Shown: one piece after another, positions 36,447 to 64,000 of the stretch
Layout: each line of letters opens with the position of its first letter
Numbering within the stretch: the stretch's first letter is position 1
From: Balanoglossus misakiensis
Taxonomy: Eukaryota > Animalia > Hemichordata
DNA: 64,000 bases
Direction: 5' to 3'
Assembly: GCA_040954595.2 (NCBI GenBank)
Contig: CM082596.2
Location: 7,018,791 to 7,082,790 of the forward strand
Notes under the pieces: generated by a model
Databases searched by the model: none
Seen by the model: only the letters and a program-made list of their open reading frames with translations
What the model was told of the DNA's origin: nothing
Translations under genes and position numbers: made by a program

Positions 36447-39400
36447 TTACTCGCTCCCCCACAGAGCGTAGAGGGTTCTCAGGGCTCCGTGCAGTTCCGA
36501 CATGCAGGGGTCCGCTAGTTGCAGTCTCTCTTCTCCAGTGGGCGACTTGACGACCTCGTAGCCCAGGCTCTGGACGAAGATTCTGGCCGGGCCCGGGGAG
36601 GCGCGGAAGAGCTCTTTGACGGTGGGGTCTTCGAGTGACGGACAGAAGCCGGTGTCCACAGTCTCTTTCACCTGGGGGAGCAGAACAGGAAGTTAGGGTT
36701 GCCCACAATCCTTTACTACTGATCAGTATAAATGAGAAACAACTTTCATGTGGCAAAGTTTCACTCTGTACTTGAGTTTTTTTTGGAATAAGCACACAGT
36801 TTGAATTCAAGGACAATCTCCCTCCTGAGAGTTACTACACTTGCAGGCCTGCAGTAACTATCCCATTCAGGCAACAACCACTACCCACAACATTTCACGA
36901 GGGAACTTACCAAATGGAAGACCAACTTGTAGAGGTCCCCGTGCCACTCATAAAGTGCTTTACACTGCTCATCGGACAATTCTGAAGAAGAAAAAAAACA
37001 TTGAGAATGTTTTAAAGGCAATAGATCGTCTCACGCGCATGCACGTTACCGTAACTTCCCAGCAAATTTTCTGTTCGATGCATTCAAATAGTGGACTGCC
37101 TTCACTTCCTTCCATATTTCATGCGCACCCAAGCTGGTGTCTTTTCCCGATCTCCGATACAGATTATGGTCGCCGCCATCTTCTCTGTTGTTAGGACAGT
37201 CTTGAAATGTCAGACTAGTTGAGCAAACAGTACTGAATGCCGTGAGACATTACCTAACATGGCAGCTAGAACACAGTGGAACGCTCGTAGGAGATCGCCC
37301 TCGTCTTCATCTGGGAAGATCACTTTTTCTGCCTGGAAATTTGGAAGAAGAAATAATTGATTAGTTTCAGGCTTTGTGCAGACATGAAAACATGTCCAGC
37401 AAAAACCACCTCAATGGCAAAGACTTGTGACTTGACGCGCCAGTTGAGTTGGTACCCCTGTTGACAAACATGCACACTTTTACACATTCATCTCATTATA
37501 AGGGCACAAATAGATGACCTGGACTACTTACTGTGAAGGAGTACTTGATCTTTTGCAGGAATTCTTTCCACTGCACAACCTGGCCATCCAGTTTTTCCGA
37601 CACGAGACTGAGATCTTGTTCCAATGTGGTCTTCTCGCTCTCGTTGACATTGCTGTGACCTAGCCCAACCTGAAATTTGAAAAGGTGAGAGAGAAAATCT
37701 AGGTGAGATTTTACCCAACTTTCAGCCTTTGCATCACAGACATGGTTGAAATTTCCCCTCGTCAGTGAATGTCTAAGGTCAAGGTTAAGATAGCGGAGTA
37801 TGAGGGCACTGCATTGTTCCATTGCAGTAAACACGGCTCTGTGTTATATGACTGCTATGATTAATTGTGAAGACACGGTAGGGGTATAACAATTGAGTAT
37901 GAGGGCGCTACACCATTCAACTGCACGAAACAGTACTCTGTATTATATGACCAGCACACATGGAAGTAGAAAAGAAATAAAGCTCCAACTGACGACTGAG
38001 GCCAGAAAAATAACGGTACGTACAATTTGTTCCAGGTCACCAATGACATAGGGACGTCCCAACAGCGAATGCAGCCAATGAGAGAGCCAGTATCTTTCCA
38101 CAAACTCCACAAATTCCAACCCGGTGATTGGTTTAAACATGTCGTACAGATCTGGATCTGTTAGCCAAAAGAAACAAATTAAACAGAATGTTAATCACAC
38201 TCAAACAAAATCACTAATATTTCCATTCAACTCCTTGGGGAGCAAACAACTGCTCACATGTGCGGCCGTTGTATCGGCACAGCAATCTCTGTCCTACCAG
38301 GTACCCATTTCTCCTGGGTGGGGAGAGGCAATGAGAAGCAAAATGCCTTGCCAAAGGACACAACACCACAGCCATGCCGGGGCTCCAGATCCTTCGATCA
38401 TGAGTCCAATGCTCTAACCACTAGACTATGATGCCTCTAGACTCTCTCACAGCCCCTCTCGCCGTCCATGCAGGCTTATGGACTGATTGCATGTGTGCCC
38501 GGCGCTACACAACACCATATGGGGCTTCTCCTTTGCTAAACGGTCGAAGGCGCATCAGTGAAGAGCCTTGTAGTGAACCGTGGGCTGTGAGAGAGTCTAC
38601 GACGCCTCCTACTCAAGTGGCAAGAAACAAACTCACCAGTCGGTTCAGCTTCGGCTTCATCTTCAAACGGATTATCTGTCTCGTCGTCTTCGCCGTCTAT
38701 CACCGTCACCATCTTGGGTTCTGGTTTCGGAAGAACGAAGCCGCCGTCGCCCTCACCCAGGATAAGTAGCTTCACTTTCCCGTCCATGGATATTTGCAGC
38801 TCGGAGACGTGGTACGCTATGGGCGTGTTGGCAGGGATGAGGAGGGAACGAAGTTTTTCGTTGTCAATAGTAACATCCTCTTCTCCCTGAAAAACAAACA
38901 AACAGATGACTTAAATTAAAATTCAAGCAAACAGAAAATAGTTTGCATGGAGAAACTCCTCACCACACATTATTCAATCTAATATGCATCATGAACAGTT
39001 GAAATGTGTTTGTGGGTGGGACTAGGTATACAAAGAATTACGGCGATTTTCAACCTCAATAAGATGTGGTCAAACATAATGAATATTGTTTTCTAGCTTG
39101 ATTAGGCTAACAAAAACATACACAAGCTAAGATATACTTCTAACCCTGGAAACGTTAACAAATTAAACAGTTAAAAATAATGATGACAGGTTACACTGGG
39201 TAGCTTGTGTCCTTCTGTTCATCTTCAAAGTCTGACTAACCTTGCTATTAGATGTCCCATGAGGAAGCTTGAAAACTTTCTCCGGTCAAACAATTTTCTC
39301 TACCTCTCTCTCTCTCTCAGCATATAGCATGTATAAAGCATATAATTCACGAAAAAAAAACAGAATCATTTCCTGGTTTACAACCAGTCAAGTGCACCAT

Positions 39401-40860
39401 CACCCTTACCTCCGTCTGGACTGAAACAGGCACCTCCACATCTTCTATGCCATCGCGCATGACATGAGTGACCAGCCTGCTGTCCTTCGATGGGGACAAC
39501 ACACCAACAACCACGCACAGGACGTTGCGATAATTCTCGTGTACTTCTTTCACGAAGGGGTGATTCAGGTTCAGGGACCTAATGAAAAAGACCACTACTA
39601 CATTACTAAGAATGTTTTTATCTAAACGTGGTCACTCGGTCGGTATTCGTGTACCTAGACTTTCTGGCTAATATTCTACAGACAGAACTTCACCCCCAGT
39701 ACAGTGACCTCTGTGACATGGACGACTGATATAGACTCAGGCCACACAACATGCCTGGCAAAGCATTGTTTGCTCTGTTCAATAGTAAAACAGTAATTAT
39801 GTCTTATCAGTACAACAGTGCCATATCATGGATGGAGTTCATGCCACTTGACTTGTTAACAAGTCATAACATGGGCGTACCTACCACACGGGTACATCCA
39901 TGGTTATAGTAGTACCGTACATGTGTGCCCTCTACGTGTGACATTATCACTGTTATTAGCATTGAATGCAATGGACAAATATCACAGATTTCAGTACATG
40001 CCTGTAACACAGTCTGATCAGTACCTGTAACAGTCCCTGAGAAACACCTATGTTTTAATGGACCTATAAAAATTGGTCAGGTACCAGGGGTGTGTGGACA
40101 GGTTTGAATCAGGCCTGGCATTACAGGAATGTATAGTAATACAGTGATATAATTTCTAACTGTGATCACACATCTGAAACACTGGTGCGCGAACAATAAT
40201 GTGACAGGGCTGAGGATACATGGTCTGAAAAATTGTAAGATTTCAGGGCTGTATATTTCAGAAAAATGGACCAATTTTGATGAGAGAAATGAATACATTA
40301 CAGGCATAATTGTGTGTACATTACACATCCAGCTATTCCTATATACCAAATGTTGTATCAAGGTCTGTACAAGACCTGTCACAGGGACGATTTTTTTGCT
40401 GTGTATCAGAATTTCCGCTAGTTCAGTTCCTCATTTTTTTTATCACGACCTACCTGTTCATCAACGCTTGCTGCAGTACGGGGATATTGACCTTCTCTTT
40501 GGCTATCGTGCCCAGATTTGACATGACGTGCACGGCGTCCTCCCCGCCCACCTCGAGCCCGACTTCGCTGAGGACCTTTCCGCCGATCTTGCCCTTGGCG
40601 TCGAACTTGGCGCTGTCCTCGAACTCGGTGAGATCCTCTTTGGAGACGGGAACATCGAGGGGCTTGTCGTTGTTCTCCAAGAGCTGTTGGATGGTGAACG
40701 GGCTCGGGGTGTACTTCGGCGACCGCCAGAACCAGCGGCGCTTCTTCTTGACGACCACATGGAAGCAGCAACAGTCCTTCGCCTGGTCGAGGGACGGCAC
40801 CGGCAGCAGGGTGTCCTCCCCGAGCGATTTCGATAATTTCTTTGCCACCGCAGTAAACAT
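36447..40860 (-). CDS. GSDME: Gasdermin, GSDME/DFNA5-like, 8 coding exons, 490 aa
   Basis: Exons 40454-40860, 39410-39578, 38637-38886, 38024-38157, 37532-37669, 37254-37332, 36911-36981 and 36447-36671. All introns are GT-AG and phase-compatible, giving 1473 nt. MFTAVAKKL...LLPVPSL...VVKKKRRWFWRSPKY matches the GSDME N-terminus (MFAKATRNF...VTKKKRFWCWQRPKY). LLIPANTPIAYHVSEL...DG...GGF ends the pore domain, followed by an acidic linker and a helical C-domain with AAMLELSDEQ. The family call is firm; exact orthology is inferred. Confidence 0.88.
38221..38437 (-). mobile_element. tRNA-derived SINE in gasdermin intron 3
   Basis: The minus strand starts gaggcatcatagtctagtggttagagcattggactc (tRNA A-box-like head). 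It continues with gtgtcctttggcaaggca, ctctccccacccaggagaaatgggtacc and ctccccaaggagttg, blocks typical of conserved-core invertebrate SINE2 families. Confidence 0.7.
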
Positions 40861-40873
40861 AGTTGTTTGCTAT

Positions 40874-40932
40874 GTTTCACGTTGACCTCAATTTCACTTT
40901 GACCTCACGTAACCTGCGACTGGACTTCCGGT
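40874..40932 (-). promoter_or_regulatory. Candidate gasdermin proximal promoter/5'UTR motifs: ETS (ACCGGAAGT) and IRF-like AAAGTGAAAT between two TGAGGTCA repeats
   Basis: The minus strand reads accggaagt at 40924-40932 and TGAGGTCA-AAGTGAAAT-TGAGGTCA at 40883-40907, 23-72 nt before the ATG. These are motif matches only. Confidence 0.35.
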
Positions 40933-40981
40933 TTGGCGAGCTAAAACAAAAGTAAATTGTATTTCGCCGTAAGAGGGCGTA

Positions 40982-41089
40982 AACGCACGTTCCTTTTAAA
41001 TATGTAAATTTATAATATGCCAAATTTACATATTTAAAGAGAGAACGTGCGTTCTCCCTTTAAATATGTAAATTTGGCATATGATAAAT
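40982..41089. repeat. Inverted triplication (overlapping hairpins) upstream of the gasdermin
   Basis: 41008-41047 and 41050-41089 are reverse complements (38/40 matches). 40982-41011 also pairs with 41022-41053. Confidence 0.85.
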
Positions 41090-43176
41090 GTTGAAACGAC
41101 CCAAAACGGGCCAAATGACCATAAACCGGCTGAAACGACCCATTTCACCAAGTACACGACCTAACACAATCACCTTGGGTATTCAGGGGTTATATAAAAT
41201 CCCAAATTCTAGAAAAGCGCGCTGAAAATACGATGGAAACCACAGGGAACCTAGAAATGTTGTTGCTGATGATGATGAAGATAATAGTAATTAAAAAAAA
41301 TAATCAATGTGTCATTTCTTGCTTTTGTTTGTCAACGTTGTAGATAACTGTAAAAGAACACCATAATCGTGGAAAACACGACCTAGGTCGCCCAATGGCT
41401 GAGTAACGGTATGGGATGAGTTACTGGCCAACTGCCACTGCACACAATTAAGGAAAAAAAACACAAAATCAAATTTGATGTGGATAATATTTTATTACAC
41501 TACTGTTGAAAACATGTTTGGTACATGTTGTCAAAAATAACCCTTGACATACACAATTTATCGAAATCCATCAAATCAATGTTTGTTCCCATACTTACCA
41601 ATCATGATTACCAGCTATTCTAACTTTCAACATCAAATTTCACCTTGTTTTTAACTTCAGAGAATTTGTGTGAGATAAACACCTTTGTGAGCAAGAAAAT
41701 GCCTGAAAACTGTGAAAAATCTACTAAGTAAATCTAAACAAACACTGTCTCGACAGTGTAAATGCTGACACGGTACAAGATGTGAGACAATCAGGTGGGG
41801 ACATATAATAATGTGGGTTGGACAAAACAAGGCATTCTCGTTTTGTAAAACACTGCTGTTTTCTCCTGTGGTAAGTTCTTGCCCTTGAACAAATGACACA
41901 AAAAAGGAGTTTATGCAGGGTATCTAAAGAAGCATTTTCGCAAGAAGTTTTAACAGCCGTTGCTACTTATATAAAATTTCTGAAGATGAAGGGGAAAACA
42001 CTGATGGCAAAAAAAAAACAATATTCAATTTTGCAGGAAACAAAGAAAATTATGACAACCTCTGGCATTTTGCAGACGTGAAAACTTTTGCACATATTTG
42101 AGGTCTTGGCTTAAATAAAATGTTATACACCAGACTACTGTGCTGTGGTGTTTTTATGGACTGAAATCATACTATGGCACATATTTTTCCATGCTTGTTT
42201 ATACATTGAGTTTGTTTGTTTGTTTGTTTGTCCACAGAAATTCTAGGCTATTGCTTTCTAAACTTCTGAAAATTCTTGGCTTTTGCCCTTAACCCTTTCA
42301 CCCCAAGTTCCCTCTTCAGAGGTCCAATCTTACCATAGCATATAATGGGTTTTGGACTGAACCATGGTGGTGAAAGGGTTTTAAAAGGGCTTTATTTGTC
42401 TGATAGACGAAATTGACACGTAAAAAGACAATAACGAAATCTATAAAATCAATTTTCATTAAAGACATTTTATGTCTGGCACACCTGAGGAAGAAAACAA
42501 ATAGTGTGGTCATGTGACCTTCTAGAATTTTTCTAGAATAAGAAATATTAAAAATTTTAACCTCAGATTGCTCTACATACATGTGTAATGTACACATAAG
42601 CCACCAACTTCACAAGTGACAAAGGCAAGAAGCTTAAGCTGTACGAAGAGTTGTACAAATAAAAATAATATGCAGCATGCACAGACAGCCTACGGCGTAA
42701 AAAACAAACAAAATAACACAGACATTATTGCTATTAAATTAACATAATCAGTGTTTTTTGTTAAGGGCAGTACCTAGGTTACTGTAACCAGGGTTCCCCG
42801 GTCATTTTACTGGGGGGGGGGGGGGGGGGGTAATGTTCCATTGGTATATCAATGCAGTCATATTGATGGGTCGCAGAATTGTTACCAGGGTTACCACAAC
42901 ATCTACCAATCTTCCCCACCCTTGACAAACACACTGATACAGATATCCATCAGTAGAATACCGTAGACGCAAGAGAATGCTCAGATAATGCCCACTAATA
43001 CCGGTATACCACACTGAAGATTTTACATATATGAAAATGTGAAGAAAAGAATACTTAAAATTTTGTTCGAGAAACACTGTGGGACGTCAAGGTGCAATTT
43101 AAAAACAAACTCTGTTTGTTTGGTCTTTTCATTTTATCTGTTTTGTTTTGTTTTTGTTTTTCATTTATTTTGTTGT

Positions 43177-58798
<15,622 letters not shown>

Positions 58799-60920
58799 TT
58801 TGTCTGTCTTTTGTTCAGTTCACAAGAAAATGAAGAAATCTGCAAGAGAAGCAAACGATGTACAATGATAAGTTAACAGTTTGAGTTTATTCAATCATCT
58901 CCCTCTGGTCAGCCTTATCGCAAAAGATACTTTGTAATCTTACAGATGCAAGTCGGAAAAAATCCAAAGTAACTGATAAGAACAAATTGCATGGAATATC
59001 ATTAGGATTTTATCAGCTGCTTTCCCAAACTACCGTAGTGACCTAGACGTGCGCCAATGTCTCGATTAACCTTCAAAAAATTACATTTTGTGTCGCCACG
59101 CATTTCTGTGTTACTTCAAATTCCCGTCTACTCTAATGGAACGGGCAGAAGACTCGATCCGAAGATTCAATATACGGTTACCACGGAAACCGTGATGACT
59201 TCGATCTAATAATGCCTCAGATCTGTCACTCGGTGTCATAGCACGTTTTATTTTAATTGACGCGAGTGAAACCCAATATGCGGCGCAAACTCAAAAGATT
59301 TGCTTCGATTCTTCGGCTGTTGTCTGCCTGACAGACGCTAAGACGCTGTGACGATTTCTAAAAGACGGGAGAAAAGAACGGCTGCCTGGTTGCCATGGAC
59401 ACATCACAAACAGTCAGTCTAAAAGCCAACAAGCCTATGTTTTATGGTCGAGTCAAGATGTGGCTTCATAGGTCACATCTGATCAAACAGCTTCACTGCT
59501 ATGAAAGCCAGATTACTTTAATCCCTCGGTAGGTATCGGTATATTAACCGAAATATTATTCAAGCATTAAAGGGACAAAGTCGCTCATTTTTGACATTCA
59601 GTAGGATTATTCTAACTTCTTCTGATAGATGTTTTTCTACATGCTGAAATATGCTCAAACATTGATTGCTAATACACGTGAGGTTTGAATATTACTAGGA
59701 AATGGAGTCTGACAGACATTTCATCATGTATCACAAAACTGCAGACCCCACGAGGCTTGCTCCATGAGGGCATTGGCAAAACATTATATTAGTCATGTAT
59801 ATATATCATCCCACATGATTTCAAAGTCTCCATATATAACTGTTAAAGAATAACAATTGCGACTAATGATTCAATGTTAAGGGCTTTGAATTTCCCATAT
59901 GTTGGGATTTTTATTTTCACTTCATTTCGCTCTAGCTGTTTCTGACTTCCAACATGCTAATTTAATGATTCGTACATTTCATTCATGCATTATTAAAATT
60001 TAGCTAAGCTCCTAACACCCAAACTTAAATCATCATTAGTATCTTACAATTGTGATTTCCTATTTTCCGCCATATATTACTATCACCATAATCATCAAGG
60101 CAGCTAGTATGTTTCTAAGTACTCTGTATTTTTTTTACAACAACATATGTTTTTCAAAACTGGTTCCATTAAACTAAAATGAGTTTATTGTCACAACGCT
60201 CATTTTCTGGCTCAGGTCATCGATGGGATTTCACCATGAGTACACAAAAACTGCCACACAATTCCATCAACAGATGTATGCCATTGTAAAATTTTCCCAC
60301 TGAATAAACCATAGTGGAATTTTCATACTGGAATATTTTTTTTCATGAAGTTATTAACTGTAACATTAATTCCCTGTTGATCATTCATTATATACATATA
60401 GCTTAGCTTATTATTAAAAAGTCTCTCATTTCAACAACAATGTAATTATGACTTTAATTATTTTTTTAATAATTTCCTACTGCAGTCCCTTGATCCGAAA
60501 ATTAAACTTAAACAAAATTTAAAATCCACTATACGTGTTCACTGTTCAAGACTTTTCAAGAAAGTCTGGATGGGAGTAGTACCAGAGTTTTATATTTTGA
60601 AATTTTGAAATTTATGAAACTGGAATGTGAAAAAATTCATGTTTTAATTTTCCATCATTTTTCTATGATTTCCAGACTTTTATTCACAACAATCGCAAGA
60701 CTTGAGGGGCCAAAAATTGATCAGCACTGTATTGATGTTTTCACTTAGACAATGCTATTTCAAGATCTACTCATTGTAGGCTGTATCGGAGTTTCAAGAG
60801 GTAACCGATAGCAACACAATTCATTCGATCATTACGACTTCCGCTTTAGGGGGGACAGACGACTGGATGTGTACAGCACGATATGATGCGCATCAAAAAC
60901 ATAGTTACTGAAATACCTAC

Positions 60921-61090
60921 CTTGTTGCAAGCGAGATGAAATGATGACGCTCAAACTCTCATAAAATATTGAAATCTCAAGTCAGATGCATTCCGCGAGC
61001 AACAATCTTGACGAGCAATTTCCAGCGACAGCGCAAGACAATTCTGAAGAAACGTCACAGATAAACCGAGGGATGAAGAGTGCAGCATCA
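60921..61090 (-). other. Possible non-coding first exon of the CPS gene
   Basis: The ATG exon has an acceptor (ttctcttgcag, about 58840) about 40 nt upstream of the ATG, so an earlier exon is implied. A good donor (aag|gtaggt) lies at 60920 after a CpG-richer patch. The upstream boundary is a guess. Confidence 0.3.
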
Positions 61091-64000
61091 ACCACCAATG
61101 ACTTCCAAATGAGATTATGTACCCGCTAAAATGACTGATGTCGACGGACGGGAGAACCTATTCATTTCACTTCCTTTCATCCATCGCTATTCCTGTTTGC
61201 GTTTCAGTCACAAATTGGCAAAGATTGCATCTCAAAAGGTTCAGGGGAGAAAAAGCAGTTGGATCACACTACTTTGGTCGAAGGGGGTGTCTGCTTATAT
61301 GTGGACCACCGATCATTACCTTAATGGAAAAAAAAATATATTTCTTCAATAAAGTAAAATTATACAGGCTGCTCCAGCTAGTCAATAAATCATACTATTT
61401 CCATTTCAGAGATAATACCTTATTTTTAATTTCATGATAACTAGCTTAGGAGAATATCATATGGAAATAAATCTTTAAACAGATGGATACTACTTGAGAA
61501 GACTTCAAGCATACAAGATTCGAATTTCCTGAATTCTTTTCTCCCCTAAATAATTTTGTGAATTTTGAAGTGTTTTGAAACAAACGGCACAATTTAGAAT
61601 GCCCATGCAAATCTTTAGATTCTACTGACAACATCTTCATCACAAATAAACTGATGTGAAATTCAAAACAACTGCAACCCTGAATTGGGTGTTTTCAAAA
61701 AAGATATAGAATGTCTGATTTTCTTTTCAGAATCCCAAATCATCATAAAACCTTGATGTGGGAAAAAATAGAACCGGAAACTGGTGTCCAATTCTCTTTT
61801 TTCCTAGCTCATCACCAAAAATCTAATCTGACAGTGAATAGCATTTTCTAAATTAAATTAATGTGTGTGCAAATTAAATTAACTGTCCGTCATTCACTGC
61901 AACACAAACAATCTTCGAGCAAACTGCAACACGGCAACTGAAAATTTTACAGAAAAATTTTCCTCCAAAAAATGTCTGATTCATTCATTGAACAGTTTCA
62001 CAAAAATACACACATTTTTCAGTTTTACAAAAATACGCACTTTTTTTAATGATTGTTGCTCAAAATGGCAAACGCTCTGGAATATTACAACGACAAATAG
62101 GACGATAACATTACAGTACTACATTACCACGACAACCTTGCCGAAAGAATCACTTAGTTCTGCTTGATTAGAAATTGCCAGCTCTACACATTATTACTTC
62201 TCAATTCAACCGTGATAAAGCAACTTAAATAGACTTTTACTGAAACATAAAGTGAGATGTGGATTTTACAGGTTCCTTGGCTGTATTGGCAAATCTCAGC
62301 CCTGCATAGCAATGATTTCAACGATTTTCAGTAATCTGAGAGTGCAGTGCAAGAAATCTGCAGTCTTTAATAGTTCTGTCTTGACCTGCGATTCTCAGAT
62401 ATTTTTATGGCACTATCGAAGATGAGAATTGCAAGTTAATTTTCTCAGAGGGAGACGACTCTTTCCTTCTCAAAAGTAAACCATGTTTCTCAGAACTCAA
62501 TTCGTCACCAGTTTCCACAAACTGCCTTTTGACAGTCATCATTTCCTAGCTTGAAGATATTTCTTATTAAACTTTAACAATCCACTCATGCACACTCATT
62601 ACACACTCACACACGCAGTCCTTAGGGAGACCTCCTTCAGAATCAACTGCCCAGTATTGATTTTACAAGACTGTGGAACATTTTGATAGAGCTCTCTTAA
62701 AACGCACACAAATCCGGCAAAAGCGATTGTCTATTCAAACTACCAGAATGACATCTGCACTCGGTCCTTTTAGATTTTGCGTCACAACCCTGTCTGTCAT
62801 AAGAAGCACTCCCTTACTGTGCATATTTGCAAAATTTGTCGAGATAAGTTCACCTCAATATGTAAAATTGACCCCCATCATCCCTTGTGGCATGGTTCAA
62901 ACCATTCTTTGAACAGGTAAGACAGGCATCATCAGGAGGGAGAAACAAGATGAAAAGGATGACTTTATATTTCCAGTTCACTTTGATTCAAAATTGCCAT
63001 AACTGTCCTTTGACAATGTTTTTAAGATAATTTCTTGCAGTGATATTTAATAAACACTCAATATGGTGTATAAATGACCATATTGATTTAGTTGATGGCT
63101 GCTTTTTGCACAAATGGGAGCAACAGTGCCTCTGAGTAGGCCAATCTTCATAGGCAACAGAATTAACACATGCACTATTGTACATCTGTTTAAAAACTGA
63201 GCTGACCAATCAAAACCAACCTTACAAGAACGTTGTTGCATGCCCCTGGCATGAAGCTGTGTATGACCCATTCTGTAGTCTTTCTGCGGAGCCCCTTTTT
63301 ATAGAAATGAGTTGAATTACAGGGTTAGTGACTAAATTGGCACAAGCGGATATGATGAAACACCTGGAAATGTCTACATCTCTGGTCCTATCTTGTGTGT
63401 ACATAAGATATCCCCACAAGGGGGGGGGGGAGAGATTAATGGGGTCACCAGATAACTGTTATATGTCCTGGACTGGTGTCTCAGAGACAACAGATAGCCA
63501 GGACACAAGGGTGACAATGAGGAAACGTTTTCTGTTTGTGCTCATTTCAACACTGACCTGTTCACAATACCAGCAACTAATGCAAAAGACAGGAAGACAT
63601 TTTAATGATATAACTGAACTGGTACTGAAGGCCAGTATCATAACTTCATGCTGGGATTATTAGTCAGGCTAACTCTTGTTTTAAACTTGCCTGTCAATAT
63701 TCAAATTTACCTATACAGGAATTCTCATGTAAAAACGAATTTCGAGCCCTGTGTAAATAAGGATTCATGTACTTCTGCATCTTGGCTCAGTCAACAGGTA
63801 ATAATAAGGGCAGGTCAGGTTATTAGAACCCCAATATATTTTAATAAACAATAAATGTGAAATAAAAAGATACATTGTAAAATTTCACAGAAGAAAAACT
63901 TCTAAATTCTTCTATTAAATCAATACTAACTTGGTTCTATGTAAAATAAAGTTTCAGTAATTTTCTGGCTACTTTTTACTAAGTACATGTACGAGTCCTG

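Noticed and set aside
38221-38437. tRNA gene
   Set aside because: Only a tRNA-like head with a damaged B-box, followed by SINE core sequence; no complete cloverleaf.
36447-40860. Pejvakin (PJVK) assignment
   Set aside because: It has a full helical C-terminal domain of about 215 aa and an acidic cleavable linker, not the short Cys-rich PJVK tail.

Overview
Eukaryotic, intron-containing animal DNA. It is AT-rich and full of MITEs, SINEs and microsatellites. The gene content suggests a marine invertebrate deuterostome such as a hemichordate or amphioxus, but that is inference only. From 1-14 kb I can support no gene. At 14-19 kb there is a tandem array of HS6ST-like Golgi sulfotransferases on the minus strand: one intact, one frameshifted and one relic. 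The 22-41 kb stretch is the notable part, with four consecutive genes that look like a cell-death or immunity module: (i) a SLATT-like two-TM protein; (ii) a stand-alone LRR protein with an N-myristoylation motif; (iii) an LRR-caspase fusion with a caspase-8-like catalytic domain, intact SHG/QACKG motifs and a 30-bp coding minisatellite in the L4 loop; and (iv) facing it tail-to-tail, an 8-exon, 490-aa GSDME-like gasdermin with TVID-G and DETD-N sites in its linker. This resembles bacterial and fungal gasdermin-protease gene pairs. At 43-59 kb is a multi-exon mitochondrial carbamoyl-phosphate synthetase (CPS1 orthologue) that keeps the glutaminase Cys, making it CPS III type. All exon models were built by eye from GT/AG signals, phase continuity and remembered homology; no searches were run.
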